From: Oopsacas minuta
Taxonomy: Eukaryota; Animalia; Porifera
Length of the DNA: 64,000 nucleotides
Assembly (NCBI GenBank): GCA_024704765.1
Contig: JAKMXF010000313.1
Coordinates: 217,450-281,449, forward strand
Direction: 5' to 3'
The notes under the pieces are model-generated. The model was not told the origin of the DNA. It searched no databases and saw only the letters and a program-made list of their open reading frames with translations. Position numbers and translations under genes: made by a program. This document shows, piece by piece, positions 11,328 through 23,200 of the stretch (the stretch's first letter is position 1; each line of letters begins with the position of its first letter).

Positions 11328-12065
11328 ATGGCATTTCACGACAGACATCTTGCTCGTAAAGAGCATCGTGCTATTCGAAAAGAAGAGAAGCTGGAATGGA
11401 AAGAAGATCGTCTTCATTCCCGTGCTTTAGGGGCTGCTTTACATGGAAACTTTGGGAAAGCAGTGCGTTTAGAATCTAAAGCTAATCACGTACACCATAG
11501 AGCAGAGGCCGCTGGTCTTCGAGCTGACATTCTGCATGCTGAGAGAGATATTATACACGGACATACACCTCTTCATTATGGACATGCTCCTCATCACCCC
11601 AATGTTGTTGTGGTTGAGAAGACAGTAGTTCAGGAAGTGCCCGTTTTTGTTCCTGCTCCTGCTCCCACCATTTCTCCACCTGTCTCCATCTACACACAAC
11701 CAACAGCGCCAGCTCCGCCCAGTCCCTACTATCCTCCACAAAATCCTCCCCCCAGCTACTATCCCCCTGGAACTGGATACAATCCTTCAGCACCTGCATC
11801 TTATCCTCCAGCACCTGCGTCGTACCCTCCAGCACCTGCGTCTTACCCTCCAGCACCTGCATCTTACCCTCCAGCACCTGCATCTTACCCTCCAGCACCT
11901 GTGCATTACCCTCCGGCACCTGGATATTACCCTCCGCCACCTGGATATTACCCTCCGCCACCTGGATCTTACCCCCCTGTACCTGGATCTAATCCGCCTC
12001 CTACAACTAGCCCTCCTACCTACCCACCTAATAGCCTCAGCTCCTCAACCTATCCTCCTCCTTAA
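11328..12065 (+). CDS. Orphan protein, 245 aa: His/Arg/Glu-rich helical N-terminus plus Pro/Tyr-rich low-complexity C-terminus; single exon
   Basis: Long uninterrupted ORF with coding-like GC content in AT-rich surroundings. ATG at 11328 (MAFHDRHLARKEH...). Repeat units vary mainly at synonymous positions. TATAAAT lies at 11291. Confidence 0.75.
   Translation: MAFHDRHLARKEHRAIRKEEKLEWKEDRLHSRALGAALHGNFGKAVRLESKANHVHHRAEAAGLRADILHAERDIIHGHTPLHYGHAPHHPNVVVVEKTVVQEVPVFVPAPAPTISPPVSIYTQPTAPAPPSPYYPPQNPPPSYYPPGTGYNPSAPASYPPAPASYPPAPASYPPAPASYPPAPASYPPAPVHYPPAPGYYPPPPGYYPPPPGSYPPVPGSNPPPTTSPPTYPPNSLSSSTYPPP
11784..11993 (+). repeat. Coding 21-bp tandem repeat, 10 heptads of consensus PPAPASY
   Basis: PSAPASY, PPAPASY x4, PPAPVHY, PPAPGYY, PPPPGYY, PPPPGSY, PPVPGSN. 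Confidence 0.95.
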
Positions 12066-12199
12066 TTGGTTATTTGAGTTTATGAGTTATAACATTGTTC
12101 TTTTGGATATAGATTTTATTCTCTTTATTATCAGTTTTGATTTGATAGATATGGATTTTATTTGTTAAATTTGGTGTGTCTCAACTTGTTATTTGATAT

Positions 12200-13410
12200 A
12201 CTAGCATACCTGCTAGGGCGCATCACGACATGATGTCCTTAGGTGATACGTGCTCCGCACTTAGTGCCTCGAATATAGAAAAACACAGCTAAAATAGTAA
12301 TTATTACCCACTGTACATCAAATTATATCATTATGCCACTCTCCAGTGCGACTGATGCCGCTTCAATGAAATTGATAGAGTTTCAAATTTTGTACCTTCT
12401 TGATGACGTAATAATACATGACGTCTTTACCTAGTCAGTATTGGTCTCATTCTGACCGTCAGGATGTTACATACTGATATGGAAGGGTACTAGTGATGTG
12501 TTTTGACTGAGCAGCAGTGGTGTAGCTAGTCAGGATTAGTGTGCTGTTAATTTACAGTAACATAGCTAAAGTTGGAGGCACATATAACTACTACCCGTAA
12601 TGATTGAATAATGTTATTAATTTGTTAAACGTCCGGCCATTTTCTGTTGAATTTTTCAAAACATACCTTCAAATTACGCTTTTGCCCCCCCTTACATAAA
12701 ATCCTGAAAGACACCCTGTAATATACACCTCAGGTGAACGGCATTTGCACCAAAAATATAAATTAGAAACTAAAATGTCAGGAATGACACCGTTCCGTAC
12801 CGTTCTGTTTGGACAATTAATACTAACTAACGCTTGCTTGCTAAGTCGCTGCGCGACAGCTTAGTGCCTCAGGTTAGCTTAAGTATTAAATAGCTAAATT
12901 TCTTGATGGTTGGGTCGCTACACGACTGGGTATTATACTCTGTGCTACATACCTCAAAGATAACTTTTAGTTGAATTTTTATTCTGCATGGTCCATCTAA
13001 ATTCAATTTAATGGCCTTCTGTGGTGACATTGGAGCTGCTATGTGGCATTGGTTAGTAATCTGGGCCCTTTATGTCTCAAGTATTTAGAAATTTGGATAA
13101 TTTTTGTAGAGTCGTGATGACGCAATAATCCCATGATGAGTTAGCTTTTGGTCAGAATCATGACATCAGGCCATTTGTCACATTGAAGGGTACCTGTTAT
13201 TCAAATTTCAAACTTCTATCATGTATATTGGCTGAGCAGTGGTTAATAATGTGATTTTTTCGAAAATCCAAAAAGGTGACAATAGCGTCATAATTTCGTC
13301 ATAGGTGTGAATTTTCGTCCAAGACCCGAACTTGTCCGAACCAGATCCAAAATACCCCTGTATGCCAAAAATCAGTCCTGGGGTCTTCCAGTTTCTTCAA
13401 TCAATTCTGG
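12200..13410 (-). repeat. Cluster of Helitron-like repeat 3' ends; 13230-13400 is an inverted copy of about 62620-62775
   Basis: Minus-strand ends with a short hairpin followed by CTAG|T or a variant at about 12200, 12825, 19964, and on the plus strand at about 62780-62800 (GCAAGCGAAGGGCGCTAGT). Shared block GGATTTTC..AAAATCACA..CCACTGCTCAGC. Confidence 0.5.
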
Positions 13411-13480
13411 ACATACAAATATATATGGATTATATATCTCCGAAATTCATTCAGGAATATCCTATTAAATAGTTGAATTA

Positions 13481-15404
13481 CAGTAGATGGCGGATATAAG
13501 GACACCGGTAATAAGAACCTGAATTAGATTTACGGAATCTTTTGTATTCTACTCCATGAAATTTCCCGGATATAAGAACATTCTATGCCAGTTAAAAGAA
13601 CATGCCGGATATAAGGACAATATACTAGAAAACGGTTGCCATATACCCAATATAATTTATGCCGGTTGAAAGAACATGCTTAGAGTAGTATCTATTACGG
13701 ATATGTTTATAGAATCGGTAGAAATATACCAGTGTTTCTCAAAGTGGGCCGTAGAGCCCCCCGGCCGCGCTGTAGGGTTGTTGGGGGCGGCCATGCAGCT
13801 AGGGGGCGTTAGGGTTTAGAAAGCCAAACAGAGATACAAAGTCACATCAAAACAGCGATACCATATTCCTAAATTTGAATTAAATAGAGGTGATGGCAAA
13901 ACTTCAAAGATCAGAGCCATTAACTACTACTATTGAAATGTTGATTATTTACTACAATCTACATTGCCTGGCCAAAAGTATTGAAACAATGTACCATTTG
14001 TGGCACACGGCGAGAATACCTTGAAAGATTCAATGGATAAAGCAGAAAGTAGAATAATAGCTTGTCATCATTTGTTGTTTATGATATATTTATGTTAAAA
14101 ATTTTTAGAATTCATCTTTAGCCTATAAACTAAGGTAGCATGTCTTTGGTGCCAGGTGTGAATTGTGGCAGGGTGTTCCGATACTTTTGGACGGGCAGTG
14201 TATTCACTGGGCATCGAGAGCATTTGGTCACCAAACATCTTAGTGGTCGCCTGCGCAACTCATTGGTCATTAATACAATCACCAAAATCAAAGCTTCAGC
14301 ACTAAAACTCAAGGAAAGAATTATTCGCCAATTATGTCACAAAAACGAAAGAGTATTTGAAAGTATGCGTTTACACACGGAAGTGAGGTGGCTCTCAAAT
14401 GGAAAGTGTTTTAGTCGGTTCTAATAGTGTCTTCGACACCATTTTGGAATTTTAGACGGAGAGATCCTGCAGTTAATGCAGATTGTCCGCGCTGAGAAAT
14501 CTGATCTAGCTTACTTACCTGACATTTATGATAAGATCAAAGCAATGAACTGCAACAAATAGACAATGTCGTCACTCTGGTCGATTGAAAAACATTGTCG
14601 TTGCTCGTTCATAGGGAAACTAACATTGTATAAACTGAATATCAGCAGACGAGAATATTACCAGTTTCCTTACTCAGCAGGACTTGAAATTTCAGATGAC
14701 GATTTACTAGCATATTGTTAGCACATTGAAAGGGGATGATTAAGCGATTTACTAATTTGTTGGAACTTGAAACACCACATACCCTAATTGACTCATTCTG
14801 TGTGGATGTTAAAACGATTCACTCTATTTGCAAGAAGAGTTGATGGGCAAACCGATTGCGAAGAAAAAAATCTTTTACAAAGATCTGAATAATTTAAGAT
14901 GGCAATCCCATGACTGAGTATATTTCCCAATTTGTGGCAAGTAGAAAAACTGCTAGTTTAGGCGTTCCCTATATCTTCTCTCGTTGAGAGAGGATTTAGC
15001 GCAACCGTTTAATAGCTAACGAAGCAAATAAACAGGCTAGATATTTCTCAATGTGGAGATTGGAGATTGTTGCTAGTTGCTCACTGATATGAAACCGGAT
15101 ATAAGAAGGCTTATCTACGAATATCACACTCAAATACTTCCTTCTAATTGATTAAACTAAGAAATTTATTATTACTATCATTAAACAAATAAAAATGTAG
15201 CAGAAAATAGAAACTTTCTAGAGGGGACAGTATAGAGGGTAAACAGTAATCATGGGGCGCTAGAATAAATAAGTTGAGAAACACTGAATCGTACTGTAGA
15301 TATGAGAACCGTTTCTATAATATGGTTCCTACATCCAAAAGTGTCTAAATGAAGTGTTCACATAACCGGCATCCATCACATATACTACATACCGGCATCC
15401 ACTG
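13481..15404. mobile_element. Tc1/pogo(Tigger)-type MITE interrupted by the hAT element at 13730-15286
   Basis: TA|CAGTAGATGGCGG ... CCGGCATCCACTG|TA; TA target duplication at 13479-80 and 15405-06. Confidence 0.65.
13730..15286 (+). mobile_element. Internally deleted hAT transposon (Charlie/ZBED5/SCAND3-like)
   Basis: TIRs CAGTGTTTCTCAA / TTGAGAAACACTG. Transposase remnants LHTEVRWLSNGKCFSRF (ORF 14140-14424) and, near 14960-15110, FPISSLVERGFSA...RLDISQCGDWRLLL. Flanks AAATATAC / AATCGTAC are only a degenerate TSD. Confidence 0.82.
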
Positions 15405-15523
15405 TATTTCTATACTCAGTATACTGTTTGCATGACGTACTACGAATATGGATAATATTTTGTTCCCTTCTGAATTCAGAGAGCAGAGTATATTCAGAAG
15501 TCACTATTACATCTACCAATAAG

Positions 15524-16111
15524 ATGATACGATCTTCCTCCACTTCTCTGGGGTACCCTCGCTCCCTCCTGTATAGTGGGAGTAAATTTGAGGGACATCA
15601 ACAGTGCAAGGGTAACAGCTATGATATAGAGGTTGTATTACAACACGTAGATACTCCTAAGCAAACCTTGAATGGCTATCTCAAGATACGCGGTCTCGCC
15701 TCACAGTACCCAGTCATGACAAGGTTCTTTGAAGGAGAGATAATCAGTCCGAAGTATCCTTTCCTCACACGTAAATGGGATGCAGACGAGGAGGTAGATG
15801 GTAAGCACTGGTCCAAGTTCCCCTCATTTCAATCACACTTCACTAAATCCTTCAACAACGATGACTTTGACTATTCACAACTGGAAACTCAAGATGACGT
15901 GTACATGCGTTGGAAAGAACAATTTCTAGTGCCAGACCACAAGGTAAGAGACATCAGCGGAGCATCATTTGCAGGATTCTATTACATTTCATATCAGCGT
16001 AGCAATGCTTCTATTGTAGGGTATTATTTTCATAGGAATTCTGAATGGTTTCAATCTCTCATGTTAGATCACGTGCCTGATAGAGTCACACAGGTTTTCC
16101 AGTTCAAATGA
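15524..16111 (+). CDS. GID4: Glucose-induced degradation protein 4 homolog (GID/CTLH E3 substrate receptor), 195 aa, single exon
   Basis: [113 protein letters not shown]. First ATG is at 15524; the ORF track starts at a TTG. Confidence 0.95.
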   Translation: MIRSSSTSLGYPRSLLYSGSKFEGHQQCKGNSYDIEVVLQHVDTPKQTLNGYLKIRGLASQYPVMTRFFEGEIISPKYPFLTRKWDADEEVDGKHWSKFPSFQSHFTKSFNNDDFDYSQLETQDDVYMRWKEQFLVPDHKVRDISGASFAGFYYISYQRSNASIVGYYFHRNSEWFQSLMLDHVPDRVTQVFQFK

Positions 16112-17160
16112 GATTAATTTACTGTATTGTATGTCATTATACTTGTTGTGTTTAATTGATTGTATATTATGTGTCATGGTGTTACTATTTCGTTTGTGAT
16201 TATTATTTGGCCCCCTCCAATTTTGATTACTTACACATCACAGGGGATATTCCCATTTCGCCTACTCTGCTTCCAATTCGCCTCTTATTCGAAATAGCGT
16301 CAATTCACCTACTCATTCATCAATGGATATCCGCTATTAACGAATATGTGGCTTATTAATTCCACGAGCAGCTTCGCTTGCTCTCGCTGCGCGGCTTGAG
16401 AACACTATGTTCGCATGTAATTCGGCAATTCGTGCGTCGAATTTTTTCATAAGAACAATTGATATTACTTTTGACTTGAAATAGCGAAATTCAGTACTTA
16501 TTACTCCAGTAAAATAGATGAAACAATCTTTGATACTATTTAGAAATTTATTTACTAGATACATATACAAACAACAATAAATTTACATATGATGAACTTG
16601 TATATGCGAAATTCGGATTCAGCGCGCACTTTGTTACCCAATTGTAGTCGTTAAGAGCAAATCTCTACGAATATTTGGGGATTTTAACTATTTGTTTATA
16701 GAAAGAAAATGTTTAATTTGTAGCCGTTGGGCTAAATTGCCCTTACAAAAATATCCATAAAAACAATACATGAGGCATTAGTCGATCGTGTTAAACAAGA
16801 TCCCGATCCCGATCTCGATAATTTTTCCGATCGTTTGTGTAATATTCAAAGACATATATTTTTGATAGTTACATCATTTCTTATGCCAAAAGAAGCATAG
16901 GTGGAGAATCAATGCATTCTACGAACGAATATTGCTGATTGTTAGACACAAATTTGGAACAATTACCTAAGTATAAAAAACGCTAATAATAGTAGCATTC
17001 AAAGTATACAAAAATGATCGAAAATTTTTGTGCAAAAAGCATCGCGATCTTACATCCGATCCTTAATAACACAATGATCGCCGATCGTCTCCAGATGATC
17101 AAAAAAGTATCACGATCGTGATCGAGCGATCAATGATCGTACGATCCTAATGCCCTATAA

Positions 17161-17218
17161 ATACATACATACATACATACATACATACATACATACATAC
17201 ATACATACATACATACAT
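17161..17218. repeat. (ATAC)n microsatellite, probably the 3' tail of the adjacent LINE
   Basis: About 14 perfect ATAC units lying immediately 3' (on the minus strand) of the LINE C-terminus. Confidence 0.9.
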
Positions 17219-17224
17219 CATGCA

Positions 17225-18345
17225 TACAAAATAATACGGCAAATAAGTCAACAACAATACTAACAAAATACTCTAAAGGACATCAGTATCTTCCAGTCAT
17301 CAACTTCAGGAATCAAAGGTGTCAGTTGAACTATTAAAATTTTAAAGTCCATAGGGTATCAGAGAGTTCTTGAACTGGTTAGTTTTGTTTTTTGTGAGGG
17401 ATAGATTTGATAAATTAACGCTAGATACTCGGTCTATATCCATCCCTTCGATCGTAATGGGAGGAATACTAAGGGTGTTTTTGGAACGATATAATCATGT
17501 CCTTAGTTTTTAATAATGTTGGGTATCATTTTGTTCTCGATCGACCAAGAAGCTGCTTAGTCCATGAGTGTCTGCATGGGGCTAAAGCTACCCTTCTGGA
17601 CCTGCACAGATAAGGTGTATCGTCCATATACTTGTGCATAGTACATGGAGGGTGCAAATCACTCAGTACAATGAAGAGGAGGGCCCAGCAATGATCTTTG
17701 TAGGACAGACCCCTTCAGACAAACCCAGTCGGACAACTCCTGACCAACCCTCGCCCTTTTGAACCTATTCGATAAAAAGGCACATAACCGTCTAATGATA
17801 ATATTGGAAGTCATAGTTTTTACATTTCGTGATTAATACTGTGTGGTCCACATGATCGAAAGCACGGTAGTCCAATAGGACTACGTGTAAGGCTTTCCTT
17901 CCCTCTGCCCTAAGGAGCCAAGTGTGGACCATATCAATGAGTGCATGTGTGGTAAATAGGCCTTTAAGTCCCCCCGTAGTTATTCGTATCTACCCTGTCA
18001 GCAATGATGTCGAGCATCCATCCTCCTATGATTCTCTTTAGTTGTTTCGACAGTACGGTAGTCAGTGAATTTAGTCTCAAATCCTTATTAATTGCTCTAG
18101 GAAAGTTTCTTTTGGGATGGGTATAACATTGGCGTATTTCCAAATAAATGGCAAGTAATCGGATGGATGCATTACAGATAGTACATACCGAATGCGCTAA
18201 AGTGAAAGCATGGGAGAATCCAACCGGGAATATCATCAGAGCATGTAGCTTTGTGTATCTTTATCCTAGTAAGCAGTTTCAAAATGGTGTCAGTGTCGAT
18301 GGTATAGTTTGGGGGTACTGGGTAATCTAGCGGAACCAAACCCAC
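17225..18345 (-). mobile_element. 5'-truncated non-LTR retrotransposon (L2/CR1/Crack-type) reverse-transcriptase relic
   Basis: Minus-strand fragments KATCSDDIPGWIL, DLRLNSLTTVLSKQLKRII, GGLKGLFTTHALIDMVHTW, VVLLDY.AFDHVDH, GPLLFIV, HKYMDDT, KTKDMIISF, and C-terminal KTNQFKNSLIPY. Confidence 0.85.
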
Positions 18346-18461
18346 AGCAATAAATTTACATATGAGAAACTTGAAAATGCGAAAATCGGATTCAACGTAC
18401 TTTCTTACCCCATTTTATCCTTTCAGAGCAAGTCTCCATGAATATTTTGAGATTTCAATTA

Positions 18462-18825
18462 CAGTAGAACCTCTATAAGTGAGGAAGGTCGGGACAGCGA
18501 ATCTCCTGATAACCCACCATTCCACATTTATAACTTTTCAAATGTAAATGTCCTTACATCACATATTTTTGAGTCAATATTTATAGCTACTTCCTCCAAC
18601 ACCTGTTTTTTCAAATATATTTGATTATTATAATATGGCCTTAGGGTTGTTTGGTTGAATATACTAATTTTAAGAAATTTTCCTCAGAAACTCAAATATT
18701 TCAATTCATCATAGCGATAAATACTTTATCGTAGATTCCCCCACTTTTAGAGGTAAATTTCAATGATCTAAGGCATAATTATCTCTAAAGTATGCCCCCA
18801 CTCCCCGCTTATAGAGGTTGCACTA
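18462..18825. mobile_element. Tc1/pogo-type MITE
   Basis: TA|CAGTAGAACCTCTATAAG ... CTTATAGAGGTTGCACTA|TA. Confidence 0.65.
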
Positions 18826-19673
18826 TATTTGTTTACTTTATATTTATAAAACAACAAATATATATATAGATATGATGGATTCAATTAATCACAAGATGTA
18901 AGTTATCGAGACTAATCAAATTTACTGTTGTTCTCCATATTTTAGCATAAATATTTGTGCCAGTTACCAAGAACTACGCTATATGGCAAATGAATCAATT
19001 TATAGCTATGTATTATAACAACAATGGTAACATCATGTATTCACATTTATTATGTAGGAAATATCAATAAAATTGATTTTACAATGCCTAATAATATACT
19101 ATGTGTATAGGAATATTTTTCATATACGTATGTTATTGGTCCCAAAATATTACAATACACTATTTGCATTACAAGAATATACACTATATACGTAGGAATA
19201 TATTTTCTCAGCCCGACACTATTCTTATATTGTGTATACACTGTTATAGTTTTCCTGTATAATTAGTTAGGAACTAAATTCAAAATTGTTTGTGTACGTT
19301 ATTTCAGCATTGTTACTTGTTTGGTCAAATTTTAAGCCCCTCAGGATTTGTCCCCCCAGTTTCAAATTCCTAGATACGCCACTGGATAAATCATATTTTC
19401 ACACCTTTTGCATATATTTCAAAAAGATGCTAGGAATTTTGTTTCAATGGTTAGCCAGGGACTCAGGGAGTAATAGGATGATAATTATTGGGAAACTTAA
19501 CCATAGATTTGAGGGTACAACATGAAGTATAAAGGGGGCTAATTGTATTGAATGTTACGAACTCATGATAGTCAACACAATTATTGTTTTTATCCTGAAA
19601 TAATTCTCAGACTCAGGAGCCCAGATCAGTCCATTCCCCATTTACGCGTATACAGGTAAATTTCAATTATTTA

Positions 19674-19824
19674 CAGTTGAACCTGCATAAACCGACGCTC
19701 ATTGGGACGTGAAAATTGGTTGGGTTAGCAAATTATCGGATTATAGAGGTGAATTTGTATTGGTCTGAAGCTATTTCTAGAGATCTTCCGGATCATTCAG
19801 GTGTCAGGTTATGCAGTTTCTCTG
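19674..19824. mobile_element. Tigger-like MITE, family A copy
   Basis: TA|CAGTTGAACCTGCATAAACCGAC...TTATGCAGTTTCTCTG|TA; homologous to 37166-37339, 54231-54403 and a partial copy at about 42130-42250. Confidence 0.75.
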
Positions 19825-21050
19825 TATCCCCTCGCTTATAGAGTTTAATTTCTGTGGAAATAAATGAAGGTTGACAAATTGCTCTACTTAAGAGGTTGCA
19901 CTGTATGCTGTTTTCATATAAAACTTGGTTAAACCTTGCGCATGATTTACATCTTAACTATATACTAGCAAGCTCATGCTTGCTATCGCTGCGCGGCCTT
20001 CGAACACTTTGTGCCTGAAGAAGGAAACCAATCGGGCGCCTCTTGTTTTCTGATTTATTTAGTAAAATAAACTACATACATATCGACCACTAAAACGACT
20101 CAGTATAGTGGTTACGCTACAGACTAATTTCTATACAGGATTCGCTAACATAGTAACATGTTTAAGCAATTGGCTTGTGAATCATTTTGCGAAATAGGAA
20201 TTATTAAGTATTTTTTGTTCCATTTTAATTAACCTTCGTTAGAGGCTAAAATCTGATTGGCAAAGATCATTTCACACCACATCTCTAAGAGGTGTGAAAA
20301 TTATACAATTGTGATAATAACCTTTGCGATGTTCGTAAACATTGCGTGTAGTTTAGTACCATTGTCGACCTTCAATGACCACTGGTTTTTACCGAACGGC
20401 TGATGACACCATGCATACATACAGACACTGCTCTGTCTGCACATTTAATAGTATAGATTTTGCGAATAGAGTACAAATTTCTCACATAAACAGACAATGA
20501 CATTATGTATCCGTGAGGAATATGTGAAAACTTACAAGAAAATACCGTTAACTCGCTTAATTTGGGCACCGATTAATCGGGACAAATCTCCAGGAATGGA
20601 ATCATACCACGAAAGTTAATACAATTTCGAGGGTCGATGTGTGTATAACTAGACTTAGCTCGCCTAACGGTGTCGAACAAGAGATCACTTGATAGGGTTA
20701 GAACAAATTTTAAGGATGGACTGTTATCACATTCCTGCGTTGCTAAGGAATTTCCCGAATACCGTATTCGAATAAGCGCTTTGGTGCTTATTCAGGGAAA
20801 CACGGTATATTCAAGCGACCACTCATACGACGGAAAATTTTTCACTAATTACGAATATCAACATCAAACTCGTTTCAATTTGGGAGTAATATGCGTTTGA
20901 ATATCTTCAAAATGTGTCCAAAAGTGGCACATTTGGACAGTTGCACTGGTTCCCCTACGGAAGTTGGAAACTTTTCGGAACATTTTACTAGATAACTTAA
21001 TTAACTCATTGGTTTAGAAATTTCTTGTAAGAAATTTGTTCCCAGATTGT

Positions 21051-21667
21051 CCTGACTAGTTGATAATATTCCCTGATAGTTGATGATATTCCCTGATAGT
21101 TGATGATATTCCCTGAGAGTTGATAATATTCCCTGAGAGTTGATAATATTCCCTGATAGTTGATAATATTCCTTGACTAGTTGATAATATTCCCTGATAG
21201 TTGATAATATTTCCTGATAGTTGATAATATTCCCTGATAGTTGATAATATTCCCTGATAGTTGATAATATTCCTTGACTAGTTGATAATATTCCCTGATA
21301 GTTGATGATATTCCCTGATAGTTGATAATATTCCCTGAGAGTTGATGATATTCCCTGATAGTTGATAATATTCCCTGATAGTTGATGATATTCCCTGATA
21401 GTTGATGATATTCCCTGATAGTTGATGATATTCCCTGAGAGTTGATGATATTCCCTGAGAGTTGATGATATTCCCTGATAGTTGATAATATTCCCTGATA
21501 GTTGATGATATTCCCTGATAGTTGATGATATTCCCTGATAGTTGATGATATTCCCTGATAGTTGATGATATTCCCTGATAGTTGATGATATTCCCTGATA
21601 GTTGATAATATTCCCTGACTAGTTGATAATATTCCCTGACTAATTGATAATATTCCCTGACTAGTTG
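21051..21667. repeat. 20-bp-unit minisatellite (about 30 copies), consensus CCTGATAGTTGATAATATTC, ending about 350 bp upstream of the TIMELESS ATG
   Basis: Head-to-tail units with no spacers. Variants are GATAAT/GATGAT, TGATAG/TGAGAG and 21-bp units with TGACTAG. Confidence 0.97.
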
Positions 21668-22013
21668 TGGGATCAAATCAAATCAAATCCACAAGTCAGG
21701 TCATCGGTCACCAATGGTGCAAGGTGAGTTATCGCCAAAAAGTTGTGATCTTTCGCTTTAGAAAAATTCACACTCCAGGTGAAACAATTATATATCGTAG
21801 AATATTTTTGTTAATCTGATTGAAATTAGCCACTATAGTCCGTCCATTAGATTGGGCAAGATCCCTATTCCCGCTAAGATACAACTTTCACTTTAGCGTA
21901 AACCTATGATATAACACAAATAATTCGATTAGATTAATCCAAGGTTAACCCGTTGAGTGGAAATCAATTGTAACTATCGTTTCATTTAGTTTAGTTGTAG
22001 TCAGATTTATCAA

Positions 22014-22232
22014 ATGTCTGCTGACGAACTTCTAGCAACTTACAGCGGACTTGGTACCAGGGATGGAGAGAACTATTACAAAGGAGAAGAGTGTCTAGCT
22101 TGTGTGAAAGATCTTATTCGTTTCCTTAGAAACGATGAATTGGTGTCTTCTCGTGTCAGGCGGCACCTTGGACAGGCCCGTATTCTACAGAGAGATCTTA
22201 TTCCCATTCTCAGTAACTTCCATCAAGACAAG
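22014..22232 (+). CDS. TIMELESS: TIMELESS (Tim2/timeout/Tof1 family) exon 1, 73 codons
   Basis: MSADELLATYSGLG...CVKDLIRFLR...LQRDLIPIL...HQDK matches human ELLATCSALG...SVKDLIRYLR...LQSDLLPIL..HQDK; donor AAG|GTTAG. Confidence 0.95.
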
Positions 22233-22510
22233 GTTAGAGCTGTTTTCAAGTTATTTACCTCCTACTTGTAGATTTATACTAAGGATCGACAACCTTTTGG
22301 TACCTTAGGTCTAATCTTAACAACTAAGCACTATGATCTCTAGTCTACTGTAACTAGTCATAATACAGTACTCAAACTTGAATTAACATAAAGTTCTGCA
22401 CAATATATGACTATATTGTATTTTTGTACGTAACTTTTATGATAATATTATTTATCTGATACTCTATCATTAGTCATCTAATCTATCTCTGTGCATTACG
22501 TATTATCTAG

Positions 22511-22630
22511 GTAGTTAGAAATGACGTACTGAAGCTAATGCTAAATCTAACATTACCTGCTCATCTAGTGTATGGTAATGAACTTGTTGATAGAAAGAAA
22601 GATGTTACTGCTCTAAAATACTATTCTGAG
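22511..22630 (+). CDS. TIMELESS: TIMELESS exon 2, 40 codons (absent from the ORF track)
   Basis: TCTAG|GTA...GAG|GTGAGT; VVRNDVLKLMLNLTLPAHLVYGNE... corresponds to human [21 protein letters not shown]. Confidence 0.9.
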
Positions 22631-23076
22631 GTGAGTAGAGCCTGATACAATATATTCTTATATTTATCGCGTCTTTTATACCAGTTTGGTGTATACAGTT
22701 AGAATATAAGGTTAAAGTATGTCGAGTATAACAAGTTGATCGATAGACAGGTGGTACACCTGGGACTTGTGTACCCAGATATTAGGGGTTGAACTTAATA
22801 ATATTTAGGATAGATTATGAAATTTCTGAGTTTGTTCCTCATTACAAATAATGTTTTTGCTATAATTATTGTTAATCCACTATAATATCCAATGTGTCTA
22901 AAAAATGTATTAAAAATGATATCATCTAATAATTATATGGGCAATATGCAGAGTTAACTTGGGAATGGGAATAGTTATCTTGCTATGTGAATACCATATG
23001 GGAACACCCATGGGAATTCTTATGTATTCTCTGTACTAAGCCATGTCCATTCTCTTGAGGTGAATATATTCTTTTT

Positions 23077-23200
23077 CAGGGTTGCCATCGGAATGGGAAT
23101 TATTTATTTCTATGGAAATTCCTATATGGGAAACCAATGGGAATTCCCACGGAAATCCTGTTGGAATGGGAATTGAAATTCCATACCCACGACAACCCTG
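23077..23200. mobile_element. Short hAT-like MITE with GGGAAT internal repeats (shorter copy at 38528-38589)
   Basis: TIRs CAGGGTTG / CAACCCTG in both copies; shared GGAATGGGAATTGAAATTCC. Confidence 0.6.

Noticed and set aside
11469-12168. Overlapping ORFs 11469-11741, 11551-11961 (VLEGKMQ heptads) and 11647-12168
   Set aside because: Antisense and alternative-frame shadows of the 21-bp coding repeat.
21051-21667. Possible CRISPR array, and ORF 21278-21676
   Set aside because: Units are contiguous with no unique spacers, there are no cas genes, and the context is eukaryotic. The ORF is a by-product of the repeat.
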